A program made the position numbers and the translations under genes. From positions 12,173-76,172 of the forward strand of contig CAYWYD010000004.1 in the NCBI GenBank assembly GCA_964462425.1: a stretch of 64,000 nucleotides of DNA, written 5' to 3'. The notes beneath the pieces are model-generated. The model was not told the DNA's origin, searched no databases, and worked only from the letters and a program-made list of their open reading frames with translations. Position 1 is the first letter of the stretch; each line of letters begins with the position of its first letter. Shown piece by piece: positions 20,745 through 30,976 of this stretch. This stretch comes from an uncultured Thermoplasmata archaeon (GTDB taxonomy: Archaea; Thermoplasmatota; Thermoplasmata; Halarchaeoplasmatales; Halarchaeoplasmataceae).

Positions 20745-21773
20745 TCATATCTCGATATCTAACCTAGGAGCTACCTCGTCTTTAATATTTTTGATCTTGA
20801 AGTCGTCTTCGATGGTGGTGATGGTCTCCATCTCTTCTATCCTTCTAGCGGCTTCGTAAGTATCCAAGGGTACCGATATCAAAGGTATATTTGCTCTATC
20901 GGCTCTCGATATTATATTGCTCGGCGGGATGATATCGTTTGTCAAAACTAGACCGGAGGTACCTTCATCCAGTGCAGCAAGGATTATATCGGTTCTGTCT
21001 CCACCGGTGACGATCAACTTTCGACTCTCCTGAAATGCTGGACTCCTCACCATCTCATCGGCGCTCATAGCCCCTACATAAATATTTTCGACTATATTAT
21101 CCAAACCGTCCTGTCCAGCCACGACTTTTCCGAAGAGCATGTCGCTTATAAAGCTCATCCTGGTGAGATCGAGGCTAGATATCTCCGGGATTATGCCGAG
21201 CACTTCTAGACCTAGGTCATCTATATCTTCGACGATGAAATCTTTCGCCTCTTCTACAGAATCGACGCGGTTCAAAACCACTCCCCGCAGGTCCGCCCCC
21301 ATCTTTTCGAAGTACTGTGTCGCGGTGGTCAGTTTGTCCAAGACCTCGGTATCGCTGTCCGAGGAGACGAGTATCACTTCAGAACCCGTCATCTTCGAAA
21401 GAGAGACGGGGTCGAGATTTATCGAAGAGCCGAATCCCCAGTGCTTCCCTGTTTCTATTATGAGACCTTCCTTCTCCTCGGATAGCTCTTCTATCCTCTC
21501 CTGGAGCTTTTTCTCTATGGTGTCTTTCTGGTAAGCGTATTTTATCTTAGAATGGTCGAACCCGATACAGAACTTTTCGTAATCTGTTTCCAGTGAAAGT
21601 ACCTTCTTGAACAATTTAGCGTCATAGTCAATGAGTCTCTTTTTCTTGTATATCGGCCTGTCACCGAAGGGTTTGAAATAACTTAGAGGGCTGTCTTCTC
21701 CAAGAGCTAATCCCAAACCGATAGTAGTTTTTCCCGCATCTTTTTCCGTCGAAGATATAATGAGATTTTTCAT
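20745..21773 (-). CDS. Phosphotransacetylase N-terminal-like (BioD-like/DRTGG) protein
   Basis: AGKTT, YFKP, VGAM, TGGDRTD; no PTA catalytic domain. Confidence 0.82.
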   Translation of the reverse strand: MKNLIISSTEKDAGKTTIGLGLALGEDSPLSYFKPFGDRPIYKKKRLIDYDAKLFKKVLSLETDYEKFCIGFDHSKIKYAYQKDTIEKKLQERIEELSEEKEGLIIETGKHWGFGSSINLDPVSLSKMTGSEVILVSSDSDTEVLDKLTTATQYFEKMGADLRGVVLNRVDSVEEAKDFIVEDIDDLGLEVLGIIPEISSLDLTRMSFISDMLFGKVVAGQDGLDNIVENIYVGAMSADEMVRSPAFQESRKLIVTGGDRTDIILAALDEGTSGLVLTNDIIPPSNIISRADRANIPLISVPLDTYEAARRIEEMETITTIEDDFKIKNIKDEVAPRLDIEI

Positions 21774-23902
21774 TTCATATCACCACTTTTAAGATTAATC
21801 GCAACGTCTACAGACTTACATCCCTTACCTTGATTTAGGGCTTTTATAGGATTTAAATCTATCTCGGAGATAGCATCTACTTGGTCCATCAGTAGAGAGG
21901 TTCTATGTACGGTTTCCGCTAGAGCGTCGAGATCCTTTCTTTTTTGGCCTCTAGCCCCGACCAAGACAGGGAAGGCGTTTATCTCTCCTATCATCCTCTT
22001 AGCTTCTCTACCAGTTATAGGCGCGACCCTGAATTCGACATCTTCCAATATCTCCACGTAAACTCCTCCCAGCCCGAACATCACAACCGGTCCAAATGAC
22101 CCGTCGGTGGTTCCTCCAATTATGACTTCCTCTCCCTCCTCGACCATCTCCGCCACCGAGATGCCTTTGATATGTGCGTTGGGATATTTGTTCCTGCAGT
22201 TCGAATATATCGCCTGATACGCGTCGATAACTTCCTCTTTATTTTGAAGATCAAGTGCGAGCCCTCCAGCATCGCTCTTGTGTACTATGTCTTCGGAAAC
22301 CACCTTTAAAACAACTGGATAGCCGATCTCTTCCGCGGTCTCGACACACTCCTCTAGACTGTGGACGACCTTTCCGTCAGCCATGGGGATACCCGCTAGG
22401 TCCAATATGCGCCTCGCTTCATCTTCCAAGAGAGTAGTTCTTCCTTCATCGATAATCGGTTCCAGTATATCCTTTATCCCCTCGAAGTCCATATCGTCGG
22501 GTATTTCGAGAGGCGGCATCTTTTCTCTTCTTTCTATAAATCTTTTTTTCCGGAAGAGAGCACCCATCGAACTTAGGGCGTCTTCAGTTTCGACAAAGGC
22601 GGGAACCTCGTTTTTGTGCAGGTACTCCACGCACTCGTCGACGAACTCACCGCCGCTGAAGGTGAAAACCATCGGTTTCTCTTCTTTATATTCCTGATGA
22701 AGTTCTTCCATGACCCGGGCGGTCTCCATGGGATCGGTTGTGCCAGTCTCGCAGTACAGCCCGATGACCGCGCCGACCTCGTCGCTCTCTAAAGCGGCTC
22801 TCATCGCCCTTTCGTACTCCTCTCTCCCCGCTTGTCCTGTAATATCTATCGGATTCTTTGTGGAGCCGAAAGGAGGTATACTGTCTTCAAAGGTCTCTTT
22901 CAAGAATGTTTGATCGTCTAAGAGTTTAACCCCATAGTCCTCAGCCGCGTCGGTGGCTAAAACACCTATGCCCCCGCCGTTAGTTATTATGACTGTTTTC
23001 TCATTCTGTGGAAGTGGTGTGCTGCTTAAAGTTCTAGACCAAGAGAAAGCTTCACGAAGATCGTTTGCTCGAAGAACACCTCCCTGTTTGAAGGCCGAGG
23101 AAAAGATTTTATCGCTGCCGGCTAAAGAACCGGTATGAGAAGCTACGGCGGTCGCCCCTTTCTCCGACCTTCCGGCTTTAAGAGCGACAACAGCCTTCTC
23201 TTTAGATATCTCTTTAACGGTCTCAAGGAACTCTCTGCCGTTATCCAAACCCTCCATATATATCATTATGACGTCGGTCAACGAGTCGTGGGCGAAGTAT
23301 TCGAGAAGGTCTATATCGTCGATGTCTGATTTGTTTCCAACGCTGACGATAGAAGAAAGTCCGAGATGCTGCTGAGAGGTCATCCCTATCATGGCGATAC
23401 CGAGAGCGCCGCTCTGGGAGATTAATGCTATGTTTCCTTTGCGGACGTCGGTAGGTCCGAAGGTAGCATTAAGCTCGTTACTACCCGAATATACACCGAA
23501 CACGTTGGGTCCAAGCAAGCGTATCCCGTGCTCTTCCGCTACCTCGACGAGTTCACGTTCCATCTTGTCCTCTCCGATCTCGGAAAAACCGGATGAAATT
23601 ATGATCGCATGCTCGATATCCTTCTCTCCGCATTTCTCCAAAACACCTTTAACGGCCTTAGCAGGCACGACGATGATCGCGAGGTCAACACCATCTGGAA
23701 TCTCATCGAGAGAAGTTTTAAACTCCATGCCTAGAGCTTCCCCGCCTTTGAGATTAACGGGATATATATCTCCCTCGTAGTCTGAATTTACTACGTTATG
23801 AAGAAGAGTGTGACCAACTTTTCCTTCTTTAGAAGAGGCACCGATTATAGCTATTGAACTCGGATTAAATAGACCCTCGAGAGGACGTTCTTGGGAAGAC
23901 AT
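21770..23902 (-). CDS. acd: ADP-forming acetate/acyl-CoA ligase, fused alpha-beta
   Basis: SIAIIGAS, GPN, SQSGA, SHTGSLAG (phospho-His), NPID, GYPVVLK..HKSD, FGP.VMFGLGG, DLNP. Confidence 0.92.
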   Translation of the reverse strand: MSSQERPLEGLFNPSSIAIIGASSKEGKVGHTLLHNVVNSDYEGDIYPVNLKGGEALGMEFKTSLDEIPDGVDLAIIVVPAKAVKGVLEKCGEKDIEHAIIISSGFSEIGEDKMERELVEVAEEHGIRLLGPNVFGVYSGSNELNATFGPTDVRKGNIALISQSGALGIAMIGMTSQQHLGLSSIVSVGNKSDIDDIDLLEYFAHDSLTDVIMIYMEGLDNGREFLETVKEISKEKAVVALKAGRSEKGATAVASHTGSLAGSDKIFSSAFKQGGVLRANDLREAFSWSRTLSSTPLPQNEKTVIITNGGGIGVLATDAAEDYGVKLLDDQTFLKETFEDSIPPFGSTKNPIDITGQAGREEYERAMRAALESDEVGAVIGLYCETGTTDPMETARVMEELHQEYKEEKPMVFTFSGGEFVDECVEYLHKNEVPAFVETEDALSSMGALFRKKRFIERREKMPPLEIPDDMDFEGIKDILEPIIDEGRTTLLEDEARRILDLAGIPMADGKVVHSLEECVETAEEIGYPVVLKVVSEDIVHKSDAGGLALDLQNKEEVIDAYQAIYSNCRNKYPNAHIKGISVAEMVEEGEEVIIGGTTDGSFGPVVMFGLGGVYVEILEDVEFRVAPITGREAKRMIGEINAFPVLVGARGQKRKDLDALAETVHRTSLLMDQVDAISEIDLNPIKALNQGKGCKSVDVAINLKSGDMK

Positions 23903-23960
23903 CGAAAAGGATGAAAAAAGAGGTTGGTAATTAATTTTTCGTGAATTCGAACCCATCGGC

Positions 23961-25115
23961 TTATTCTTCTTCCAGTTTCTCCTCTAGTTCCTCTATCCTC
24001 TCTTTCAGTTCCTCTATCTCTTCTTCTTTTTCTTTTCTGGTCGGAGCCAACATGTCTTGGTAGCCTTCTTTGACGGAATCCAGCGCCTTCTCGATCATGC
24101 CCGTATAGTCTTCCTCTATTTTTTCCCTAAGTTCCTCGAACTTTTTCAACATCTCGGGTTTCTCTTTACCCATCTCTTTCCAGAAAGCCTCGTAAAGATG
24201 ATCGTGCTCTTCGAATCCTTTTGCCAATCGCTCTTCGATTTCCTCCGATATGGAGGACCACATCTCTTCCATACCTTCCATCTCTCCGGCGTGTTCGACC
24301 GCCATCGCCGTCAGTTCTTCGGTGAACTCCTCTTTGAACTCGTCCCATGTCTCGTAGACCATCTCTTCCCTGTCCTCCATGAAGGTCCTAGCATCTTCCA
24401 GTTCTTCCCTGATCTCTTCGACCATGTCGAACCAAAGAGGATATAGGTCCTTGAGGTCTTCGTTGGGATTCGCTATCATCCGACGACTTTTCTTCGAATG
24501 ATCCTTGATGATATCCAAGATATTGTCTTTCTTCAACTTCAGTTCTATCGGGATCTCGGAAAGGTGCAGGTTCATCTCTTTCATGAAGCCTTTCCACAGC
24601 TCATTCAACTTTTCAACTTCTTCCCGTGGTATGTTAGTGTCTTCCAACGCATCTATATTCTTTTGGAATTTTCTCGTCCTCTCTTTCCACATCTCCTCTA
24701 CGTCCTCCCAGTATTTTTGAGGAGATATCCTGAAATCCTTGAATCCTTTTTCTACTTCTTCCTGGAGATCTTCCCAGAATTCTTCCATGTCGGCCGTATC
24801 TCCCGAGGTGAAGGTCATCAGTAATTTCGAAGGAGAGAAAAGGTCTTCCATGGAACCTTTCTCTTCACCACTCTCTACCTCGCTCTTCTCTTCTTCATCG
24901 GCTTCTATCTCTTCCTGGATATCCTCCGAGATTATCTTCTCGGCCAGCTCATTTTTTGTCCACGTTGATTTTGCCTCGACACCGGCATCTTTTAAGAGTG
25001 CCAGCATCTCGTCTTTTAAAAATTCATCATCTAACGCTTCTTTAAGCCCATCTTCTTCTTTTTCCTCGTCATACGTGCTTATGAATCTCTTTCTCAATTT
25101 ATCTATATCTGTCAT
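23961..25115 (-). CDS. Acidic, Trp-studded helical protein; PhaE/phasin-like
   Basis: Repeated amphipathic W-containing helices, KDLYPLW, C-terminal PTR...IEELKERIEELE coiled coil. Confidence 0.45.
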   Translation of the reverse strand: MTDIDKLRKRFISTYDEEKEEDGLKEALDDEFLKDEMLALLKDAGVEAKSTWTKNELAEKIISEDIQEEIEADEEEKSEVESGEEKGSMEDLFSPSKLLMTFTSGDTADMEEFWEDLQEEVEKGFKDFRISPQKYWEDVEEMWKERTRKFQKNIDALEDTNIPREEVEKLNELWKGFMKEMNLHLSEIPIELKLKKDNILDIIKDHSKKSRRMIANPNEDLKDLYPLWFDMVEEIREELEDARTFMEDREEMVYETWDEFKEEFTEELTAMAVEHAGEMEGMEEMWSSISEEIEERLAKGFEEHDHLYEAFWKEMGKEKPEMLKKFEELREKIEEDYTGMIEKALDSVKEGYQDMLAPTRKEKEEEIEELKERIEELEEKLEEE

Positions 25116-25182
25116 CAATACCACTCCTCTATCTGCTACATATGATGTAAAAGATGTTTAAATACTTTTTCAATAAGAAATC

Positions 25183-25620
25183 TTATTCCTCTTCGACAGG
25201 ACATTCCTCGTAGCTGCAGGAAGGGATCTCGTTTCCGTGTGGACAGGTAGGAGGTGCTCCCAACCTATCACATATCTCGTCCACCATCCCCGTGTCGAAG
25301 ATGTGTTCCAATTCACATGCTTTCTCGTGGATTTCTTCCTTCGGGATGGTAAAGAACTCGTCCAAAAATACTTCGAGGACTCTATGTGTCCTGACTATCC
25401 TTTTACCACCTTTCCTACCTTTCTCGGTCAGTTCCACGCCGTAATAGGGACGGTATTCTATGAGATCTTCTTCATCCAATTTTTGAAGTACTTCGGTGAC
25501 GGAAGGAGACGAGATGCCGAGATGTTCGGCTATCTGACCGGTCTTTATCTTGTCCTCTTCTCTATTTGAAGAGAGCTTGTAAAGGGTCTCTAGGTACTCC
25601 TCTTTGGTTTCTTTGTTCAT
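25183..25620 (-). CDS. DtxR/MntR metal-dependent transcriptional regulator
   Basis: EEYLE.LY, SPSVTE, PY.GVELT, HR.LE.FL, AC.LEH, CPHG..IP; start ATG 25620. Confidence 0.92.
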   Translation of the reverse strand: MNKETKEEYLETLYKLSSNREEDKIKTGQIAEHLGISSPSVTEVLQKLDEEDLIEYRPYYGVELTEKGRKGGKRIVRTHRVLEVFLDEFFTIPKEEIHEKACELEHIFDTGMVDEICDRLGAPPTCPHGNEIPSCSYEECPVEEE

Positions 25621-25680
25621 CGCGGCAGTAAAGAGGAAAGACGGGTTATTAATCGTTTTCCTTTCTGACAAAACAGAAGA

Positions 25681-25755
25681 TAGCGGGGAGTGGATTTGAA
25701 CCACTGATCTCCGGGTTATGAGCCCGACGGAATCTCCTGGCTATCCTACCCCGCT
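25681..25755 (-). tRNA. tRNA-Met initiator (CAT)
   Basis: AGCGGGG...TCGGG CTCATAA CCCGG...GGTTCAAATCC...CCCCGCT A; A1:U72 pair, three G-C pairs in the anticodon stem, no intron, CCA not encoded. Confidence 0.96.
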
Positions 25756-25919
25756 GTCAAGAAACCACAACTTCTTTCTGGAATTCCCATACAATCATGT
25801 ATTTTATAAATCTTTCCTTTGGATTTAAGAGATGTTTCTGCGAAAGAAAGCACGGTTCCTCTCGCATCACAGTTATTCTCACGACCCAAAGCATATTTAG
25901 AAAAATACCATATTCTAAG

Positions 25920-26537
25920 ATGATGAAATTCGAATTAGACGATAGGTCTATCCTGCTCTCCTTCATCGCAGCTTTTATCTCTCTTACTATCTTAGTGATT
26001 TCAAGTTATGTAGCTGGAGTTGATCAACATATCCTTTCAGTGATATTCGAATCTTCCCAGGGGAGTCTTTTCGAGGTCATGAGATATGTTACATACCTGG
26101 GGGACGTACTTGTGGTATTACCCGGGGCGGGGATCGTAATGTATTACTTCTACCGATCAGAAGAGAGGTCACTTTCTATTTATTATGGAAGTATGGTAGT
26201 ATCTTCGCTGATCTTGTCTTGGGTGATAAAATATTTGGTCCGAAGATCTCGACCCGAGATGGGCCTGTCTCCTCCTACCATAGTTTACAGTTACCCGAGC
26301 GGGCATACTATAGGAGCTTTCATGTTGTTCGTAGGATTCTACGTCTTTTACTCGATGATATACAGGGGGAAGCATCGCTGGGATCTACTCTCAGTTTGTG
26401 TAGTGATCCCAATGGTTATCGGCCTTTCAAGGATGATACTGGGCCTTCATTACCTGACAGATATCCTCGGAAGTATCCTTCTTGGCGGAGCGATGGTGAC
26501 TTTGTTCAAGATCTTGGTAGAGCGCGAGCGGAAATGA
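25920..26537 (+). CDS. PAP2 family membrane phosphatase
   Basis: K.LVRRSRP, SYPSGH, SRMILGLHY.TD. Confidence 0.9.
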   Translation: MMKFELDDRSILLSFIAAFISLTILVISSYVAGVDQHILSVIFESSQGSLFEVMRYVTYLGDVLVVLPGAGIVMYYFYRSEERSLSIYYGSMVVSSLILSWVIKYLVRRSRPEMGLSPPTIVYSYPSGHTIGAFMLFVGFYVFYSMIYRGKHRWDLLSVCVVIPMVIGLSRMILGLHYLTDILGSILLGGAMVTLFKILVERERK

Positions 26538-26584
26538 GAATCATGGATAGGATATCCTCTTGATTTCTACAAAAAAGTCCAACT

Positions 26585-28288
26585 TTAGTCCCGCTTGAAC
26601 CATTTCTCCATATCTCTTTCCGTAAAACTGACGATGGTCGGTCTTCCATGAGGGCATGTGAAGGGATTCTCCGTTTTTCCCAGGTCCTCTAGAAGCTCTT
26701 TAGCCTTTGTTATCGAGAGTTGATCGCCCGCCGTAACCGACGAATGACAGGCCATGTACTTGATCATCTCCTCTCTCCTCTCGTCCAGGCTGTTCTCTTT
26801 CTGCTCTATAAGTTCGTCTAATATCGAATGCAGCACCTCTTTTTCCTGCACCTCTCCGAAAAGGACCGGGATACCTCTGATCCTGAAAGTCGTCTTACCG
26901 AAATGATCTAGGTCGAATCCCAGTTTCTCCAGCAGTTCCTCGTTCGCCCGCAGTACCGCGGCCTCCTTCGGCTGAAGTTCTACCGTCCGGGGAGAAACGA
27001 GCCGTTGACTGTCCACCTCGTCTTTCATTTTGCTTTTCAAGTCTTCATAATTTATCCTCTCGTGGGCCGCATGCTGATCGACGACCGCCATGCCCGTTGG
27101 AGTCTCTGCTATGATGTAAGTGTCCTTCAAGGTCCCGACCACCCTCATATGTGAGAGCTTGGATTCTTCCACTTCGCTCTCCTCGTCCATCTCCAACCTG
27201 GACTGGGTGGTCATGTCTTCTTTTTTCTCCTCTTTCTCTTCCTCGGCACTAGATACCGTTTCTTTCTTTTTCCCTTCTGCATTCCCGGAAGGTACGAGAT
27301 CTTCTTCGAGAAGAGCGGAATTGACAGCTTCAGAGATCTTTTCCCTCACATTCTCCTTTTCGAATAACCTGATCTTGATCTTTGTCGGGTGAACGTTGAC
27401 GTCTATCTTTTTTTGATCTATCTCGAGGTCGAGAAAAGCTAGCGGGTATCTCCCCTTCTTCAGCAGAGTATCGTATCCGTCGACGATGCCGTCTTTCAAA
27501 GCCTTATTCCTCACGTACCTCGAGTTGACGTAAGTGAATATATGCTTTCGATTCGACCGAGTGATCTCCGGTTTACTGACATAACCTTTGAGCTTGAAAC
27601 CTTCCTCTTCCTTCTCCACTTCCACCATCTTTTTGGCTATCTCTTTCCCGTAGATCGATTTTATATTCTCGAGCATAGAACCCGACTTGGGAACAAAAGT
27701 GAGTTCGTTCCCGTTATGCTCTAACGAAAATTGAACATCGGGATTCGCTATAGCATATCGAGTCACGACCTCGCTGATGTGGGCCAGTTCCGTATTAGTT
27801 TTCTTCAGATATTTTTTTCTAGCAGGTGTATTGTAAAAGAGGTCTTCGACTTTGATCGTAGTACCTACCGCGCAGCCGGTCTCTTCGACTTCCTGGGTGT
27901 CGCCTCCGTGAATAACAAACTGAGTTCCCTCCAGCTGATCCTCGGTTCTAGTCACCGTCATGACTTTTGAGACTGCGGCGATACTGGGAAGCGCTTCCCC
28001 TCTGAAACCCAGGCTCGAGAGATCGTCTAGATCTTCGATCTCGTCTATCTTGCTGGTCGCGTGTTTCTTAAAGGCAAGTTTTACTTCCTCTCTCTCCATC
28101 CCTCTCCCGTTATCGCTGACCTTTATCTTTTTCTTGCCCCCTTCTTCCACTTCGACTTTGATCTCGTCGGCCCCGGCATCTAGAGAATTTTCTATCAGCT
28201 CTTTGACCACTGAAGCCGGCCTCTCGATGACTTCGCCGGCAGCTATCTGGTTCACGGTATTTTCCGATAAGATCTTGATCCTGCTCAT
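26585..28288 (-). CDS. mutL: DNA mismatch repair endonuclease MutL
   Basis: IAAGEVIERPASVVKELIENSLDA, GFRGEAL, DVNVHP, DQHAAHERINYE, ACH, CPHGRP. Confidence 0.97.
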   Translation of the reverse strand: MSRIKILSENTVNQIAAGEVIERPASVVKELIENSLDAGADEIKVEVEEGGKKKIKVSDNGRGMEREEVKLAFKKHATSKIDEIEDLDDLSSLGFRGEALPSIAAVSKVMTVTRTEDQLEGTQFVIHGGDTQEVEETGCAVGTTIKVEDLFYNTPARKKYLKKTNTELAHISEVVTRYAIANPDVQFSLEHNGNELTFVPKSGSMLENIKSIYGKEIAKKMVEVEKEEEGFKLKGYVSKPEITRSNRKHIFTYVNSRYVRNKALKDGIVDGYDTLLKKGRYPLAFLDLEIDQKKIDVNVHPTKIKIRLFEKENVREKISEAVNSALLEEDLVPSGNAEGKKKETVSSAEEEKEEKKEDMTTQSRLEMDEESEVEESKLSHMRVVGTLKDTYIIAETPTGMAVVDQHAAHERINYEDLKSKMKDEVDSQRLVSPRTVELQPKEAAVLRANEELLEKLGFDLDHFGKTTFRIRGIPVLFGEVQEKEVLHSILDELIEQKENSLDERREEMIKYMACHSSVTAGDQLSITKAKELLEDLGKTENPFTCPHGRPTIVSFTERDMEKWFKRD

Positions 28289-28290
28289 CT

Positions 28291-30915
28291 TCAATCCTCC
28301 AGTTCCTTTTTCAACTTCCAAAGCTCGTTCATCGCATCCATAGGCGTCATATTCTCCACGTCGGTCTTCTTCAACCTCTCTATCACGGGATGTGAATCCG
28401 TGCTCGTTTCCGTTTCTTTCTCTTCCTCAACGTCGAAGACCATCTGTTTTAGCTGGGGACCTCCCCGCTCTTTCATCTCTATCGTGTGGTCCTCTTCGAT
28501 CTGTTTCAAAACTTCGCCGGACCTTTCCACCACGGGCTCGGGCAGACCGGCGAGAGAAGCGACGTGGACACCATAACTTTCGTCGGTACTCCCATCTCTG
28601 ACCTTTCGCAGAAAAGTGATGCCGTCTCCCGTGTCTTTGGCAGCGACATGCAAATTTTTTACGCTGTCCAGCGATCTTTCCAGCTCCGTTATCTCGTGAT
28701 AGTGTGTGGCGAACAGCGTTTTAGCTTTGATCTCCGTGCTTATGTATTCAGTTACGGCCCACGCTATACTGAGGCCATCGAAGGTACTCGTGCCGCTCCC
28801 GATCTCATCCAGCAGTATAAGGCTGTTCTTAGATGCGTTGTGTAAAATATTTGCGAGTTCGACCATCTCCACCATGAAAGTGGAACGACCCTTGGTCAGA
28901 TCGTCTAAGGCTCCCACCCTGGTAAATATCCTATCCACCACTCCTATAGTAGCTTCCTCCGCTGGAACGAAGCAGCCGACCTGGGCCATGAGAGTTATAA
29001 GGGCAACCTGTCTCATATACGTTGATTTGCCGGACATGTTAGGGCCGGTTATGATAAGAAAGCGGTTATTGACATCGTCGAGATACGCGTTGTTGGGAAC
29101 AAAATTTTCCTGGATAGTGTTCTCGACGACAGGATGTCGTCCCTCTTTTATGTCTATCTTTCCGCCGGGGAAGACCTCCGGTCTGTTGTAATTATATCTG
29201 ATCGCCATATGAGCGAATGTCGCCAGGACATCCAATTCGGCGATAGCTTCCGAAGTCTGTTGGAACCTGTCTGCCTCCTCGCCGACCTTTCCCCTCACCT
29301 TTTTGAAAAGTTCGTATTCATAGGCCTCCATCTTCTCTTCCGAGCTTATTATCTCTTCTTCCTTCTCCTTCAATTCTTCTGTATAATACCTCTCGGCGTT
29401 CTTCAAGGTCTGCTTTCTAGAGTAGTTCTCCGGCACATTGTCCGTCTTGCTTTTCGGCACTTCTAGATAATAACCGTGTACCTTGTTGTATCCCACTTTC
29501 AGTTTATCTATGCCGGTCCTTTCTCTCTCCCTCTCTTCCAGTGAATTTATCCATTCCTTCCCCTCCTTCGCCTTTCTTTTCAGCTCGTCTAGTTCTTCAT
29601 CGAATCCATCCTTTATTATCCCGCCCTCTTTGATCGTAGCGGGTGGATCCTCCACTATAGCGGAGTCGATCTTCTCTCTTATGTCTGTAAGGGAATCTAT
29701 CCTTTCCTCCACCTCTCCAAGTTTGCTTTTTTCCTCTTCATTCTCTTCTTCCGATATATTCTCTTTCAGCATCTCCTTCACGGGCTTTATCTTCGAGAGA
29801 GCGTCTTCTATCGCCAGGAGATCTCTCGCGTCGGCGTTGCCGTAGACCACTCTACTGATCAATCTTTCCAGGTCGTAAAGGCCGTCGAGTTCGTCTCTAA
29901 GATCGTCACGAAGGAAAATGCTTTCATTCAACACCTCTACAGCATCAAGCCTTCTCTCTATCCGGTCGACGTCGAGCAGAGGCTGCTGAAGCCAATTTCT
30001 CATCTTCCTGGAACCCATCGCCGTAACGGTATCATCGAGTATATTCAGCAAAGTGCCTTCCTTGCTCCTGTCTCTTAAGCTTCTGAATATCTCGAGGTTT
30101 TTCAAGGTGGTGGCGTCGAGCGTCATGTACCGGTCGGGAGAGTAGAAACGTAAACGTCTGATGTTGTCCATAGCTCTTTTCTGAGTCTCTTTGAGATAGT
30201 CGAGAGCCGCGCCAGCGGCCTTCACCGCGTCGTCCTTACCTTCCAATCCAAGTGGAGACAAAGAATCGGTGCCAAAGTGATCTAGAAGATTATCTTTAGC
30301 GGTGTAAAACGCTTCACTTTTATGGGTGTGGATCATCATCTCGTGTTCTTGTTCAAGTTCAGATAGGAAATCCTCGTCTTCGTACTTTGACTTCGGTAGT
30401 ATACACTCGGTCGGCTCGTACCTTAGAAGTTCAGATAACATATCACTCTTATCTTCAACTTCGGTCACGAAAAAGTCACCGGTAGAAACGTCTACGGCCG
30501 CTATTCCGTACTTTTCTTCACCGTGGATACACATCAAAAAGTTGTTTCTAGCCCCTTCTATCATCCCCTCGTCTATCACGGTCCCCGGAGTGACCACTCT
30601 CATCACCTCTCTATCCACTATCCCGGTCGTTTCACTTGGATCTTGAGTCTGCTCGGCTATCGCCACGGTATAACCATTGTTGATCAACCGCTGTAGGTAG
30701 CTCTCTACGGAATGATAGGGGACTCCCGCCATAGGTATCGGATCGTCTTCATCCTTATCTCTCGTGGTCAAAGTTATATCTAATTCATCGGAAGCCGTTT
30801 CTGCATCCTCCTCGAACATCTCGTAGAAGTCGCCCATCCTGAAGAATACGATGGAATCGGGATAGTTGTCTTTTATCTCATAATACTGCTTCATCATCGG
30901 CGTGGGGTCGCTCAA
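28291..30915 (-). CDS. mutS: DNA mismatch repair protein MutS (MutS1)
   Basis: TPMM.QY, GDFYEMF, TGPNMSGKST, STFMVEM, DEIG.GTS, THYHE, SYG; TTG start after GGAGGT. Confidence 0.97.
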   Translation of the reverse strand: MSDPTPMMKQYYEIKDNYPDSIVFFRMGDFYEMFEEDAETASDELDITLTTRDKDEDDPIPMAGVPYHSVESYLQRLINNGYTVAIAEQTQDPSETTGIVDREVMRVVTPGTVIDEGMIEGARNNFLMCIHGEEKYGIAAVDVSTGDFFVTEVEDKSDMLSELLRYEPTECILPKSKYEDEDFLSELEQEHEMMIHTHKSEAFYTAKDNLLDHFGTDSLSPLGLEGKDDAVKAAGAALDYLKETQKRAMDNIRRLRFYSPDRYMTLDATTLKNLEIFRSLRDRSKEGTLLNILDDTVTAMGSRKMRNWLQQPLLDVDRIERRLDAVEVLNESIFLRDDLRDELDGLYDLERLISRVVYGNADARDLLAIEDALSKIKPVKEMLKENISEEENEEEKSKLGEVEERIDSLTDIREKIDSAIVEDPPATIKEGGIIKDGFDEELDELKRKAKEGKEWINSLEERERERTGIDKLKVGYNKVHGYYLEVPKSKTDNVPENYSRKQTLKNAERYYTEELKEKEEEIISSEEKMEAYEYELFKKVRGKVGEEADRFQQTSEAIAELDVLATFAHMAIRYNYNRPEVFPGGKIDIKEGRHPVVENTIQENFVPNNAYLDDVNNRFLIITGPNMSGKSTYMRQVALITLMAQVGCFVPAEEATIGVVDRIFTRVGALDDLTKGRSTFMVEMVELANILHNASKNSLILLDEIGSGTSTFDGLSIAWAVTEYISTEIKAKTLFATHYHEITELERSLDSVKNLHVAAKDTGDGITFLRKVRDGSTDESYGVHVASLAGLPEPVVERSGEVLKQIEEDHTIEMKERGGPQLKQMVFDVEEEKETETSTDSHPVIERLKKTDVENMTPMDAMNELWKLKKELED

Positions 30916-30976
30916 GTCTTCTTACCTCCGGGATCTTGAAACTTCTACTATCACTATCGAGCGATTGTAGAGGAAG

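Noticed and set aside
25621..25704. N-terminal extension of the DtxR ORF in the track
   Set aside because: Overlaps tRNA-iMet; family similarity begins at ATG 25620
25681..25800. tRNA as an integration site
   Set aside because: No integrase or duplicated tRNA 3' end seen; flanks are housekeeping genes
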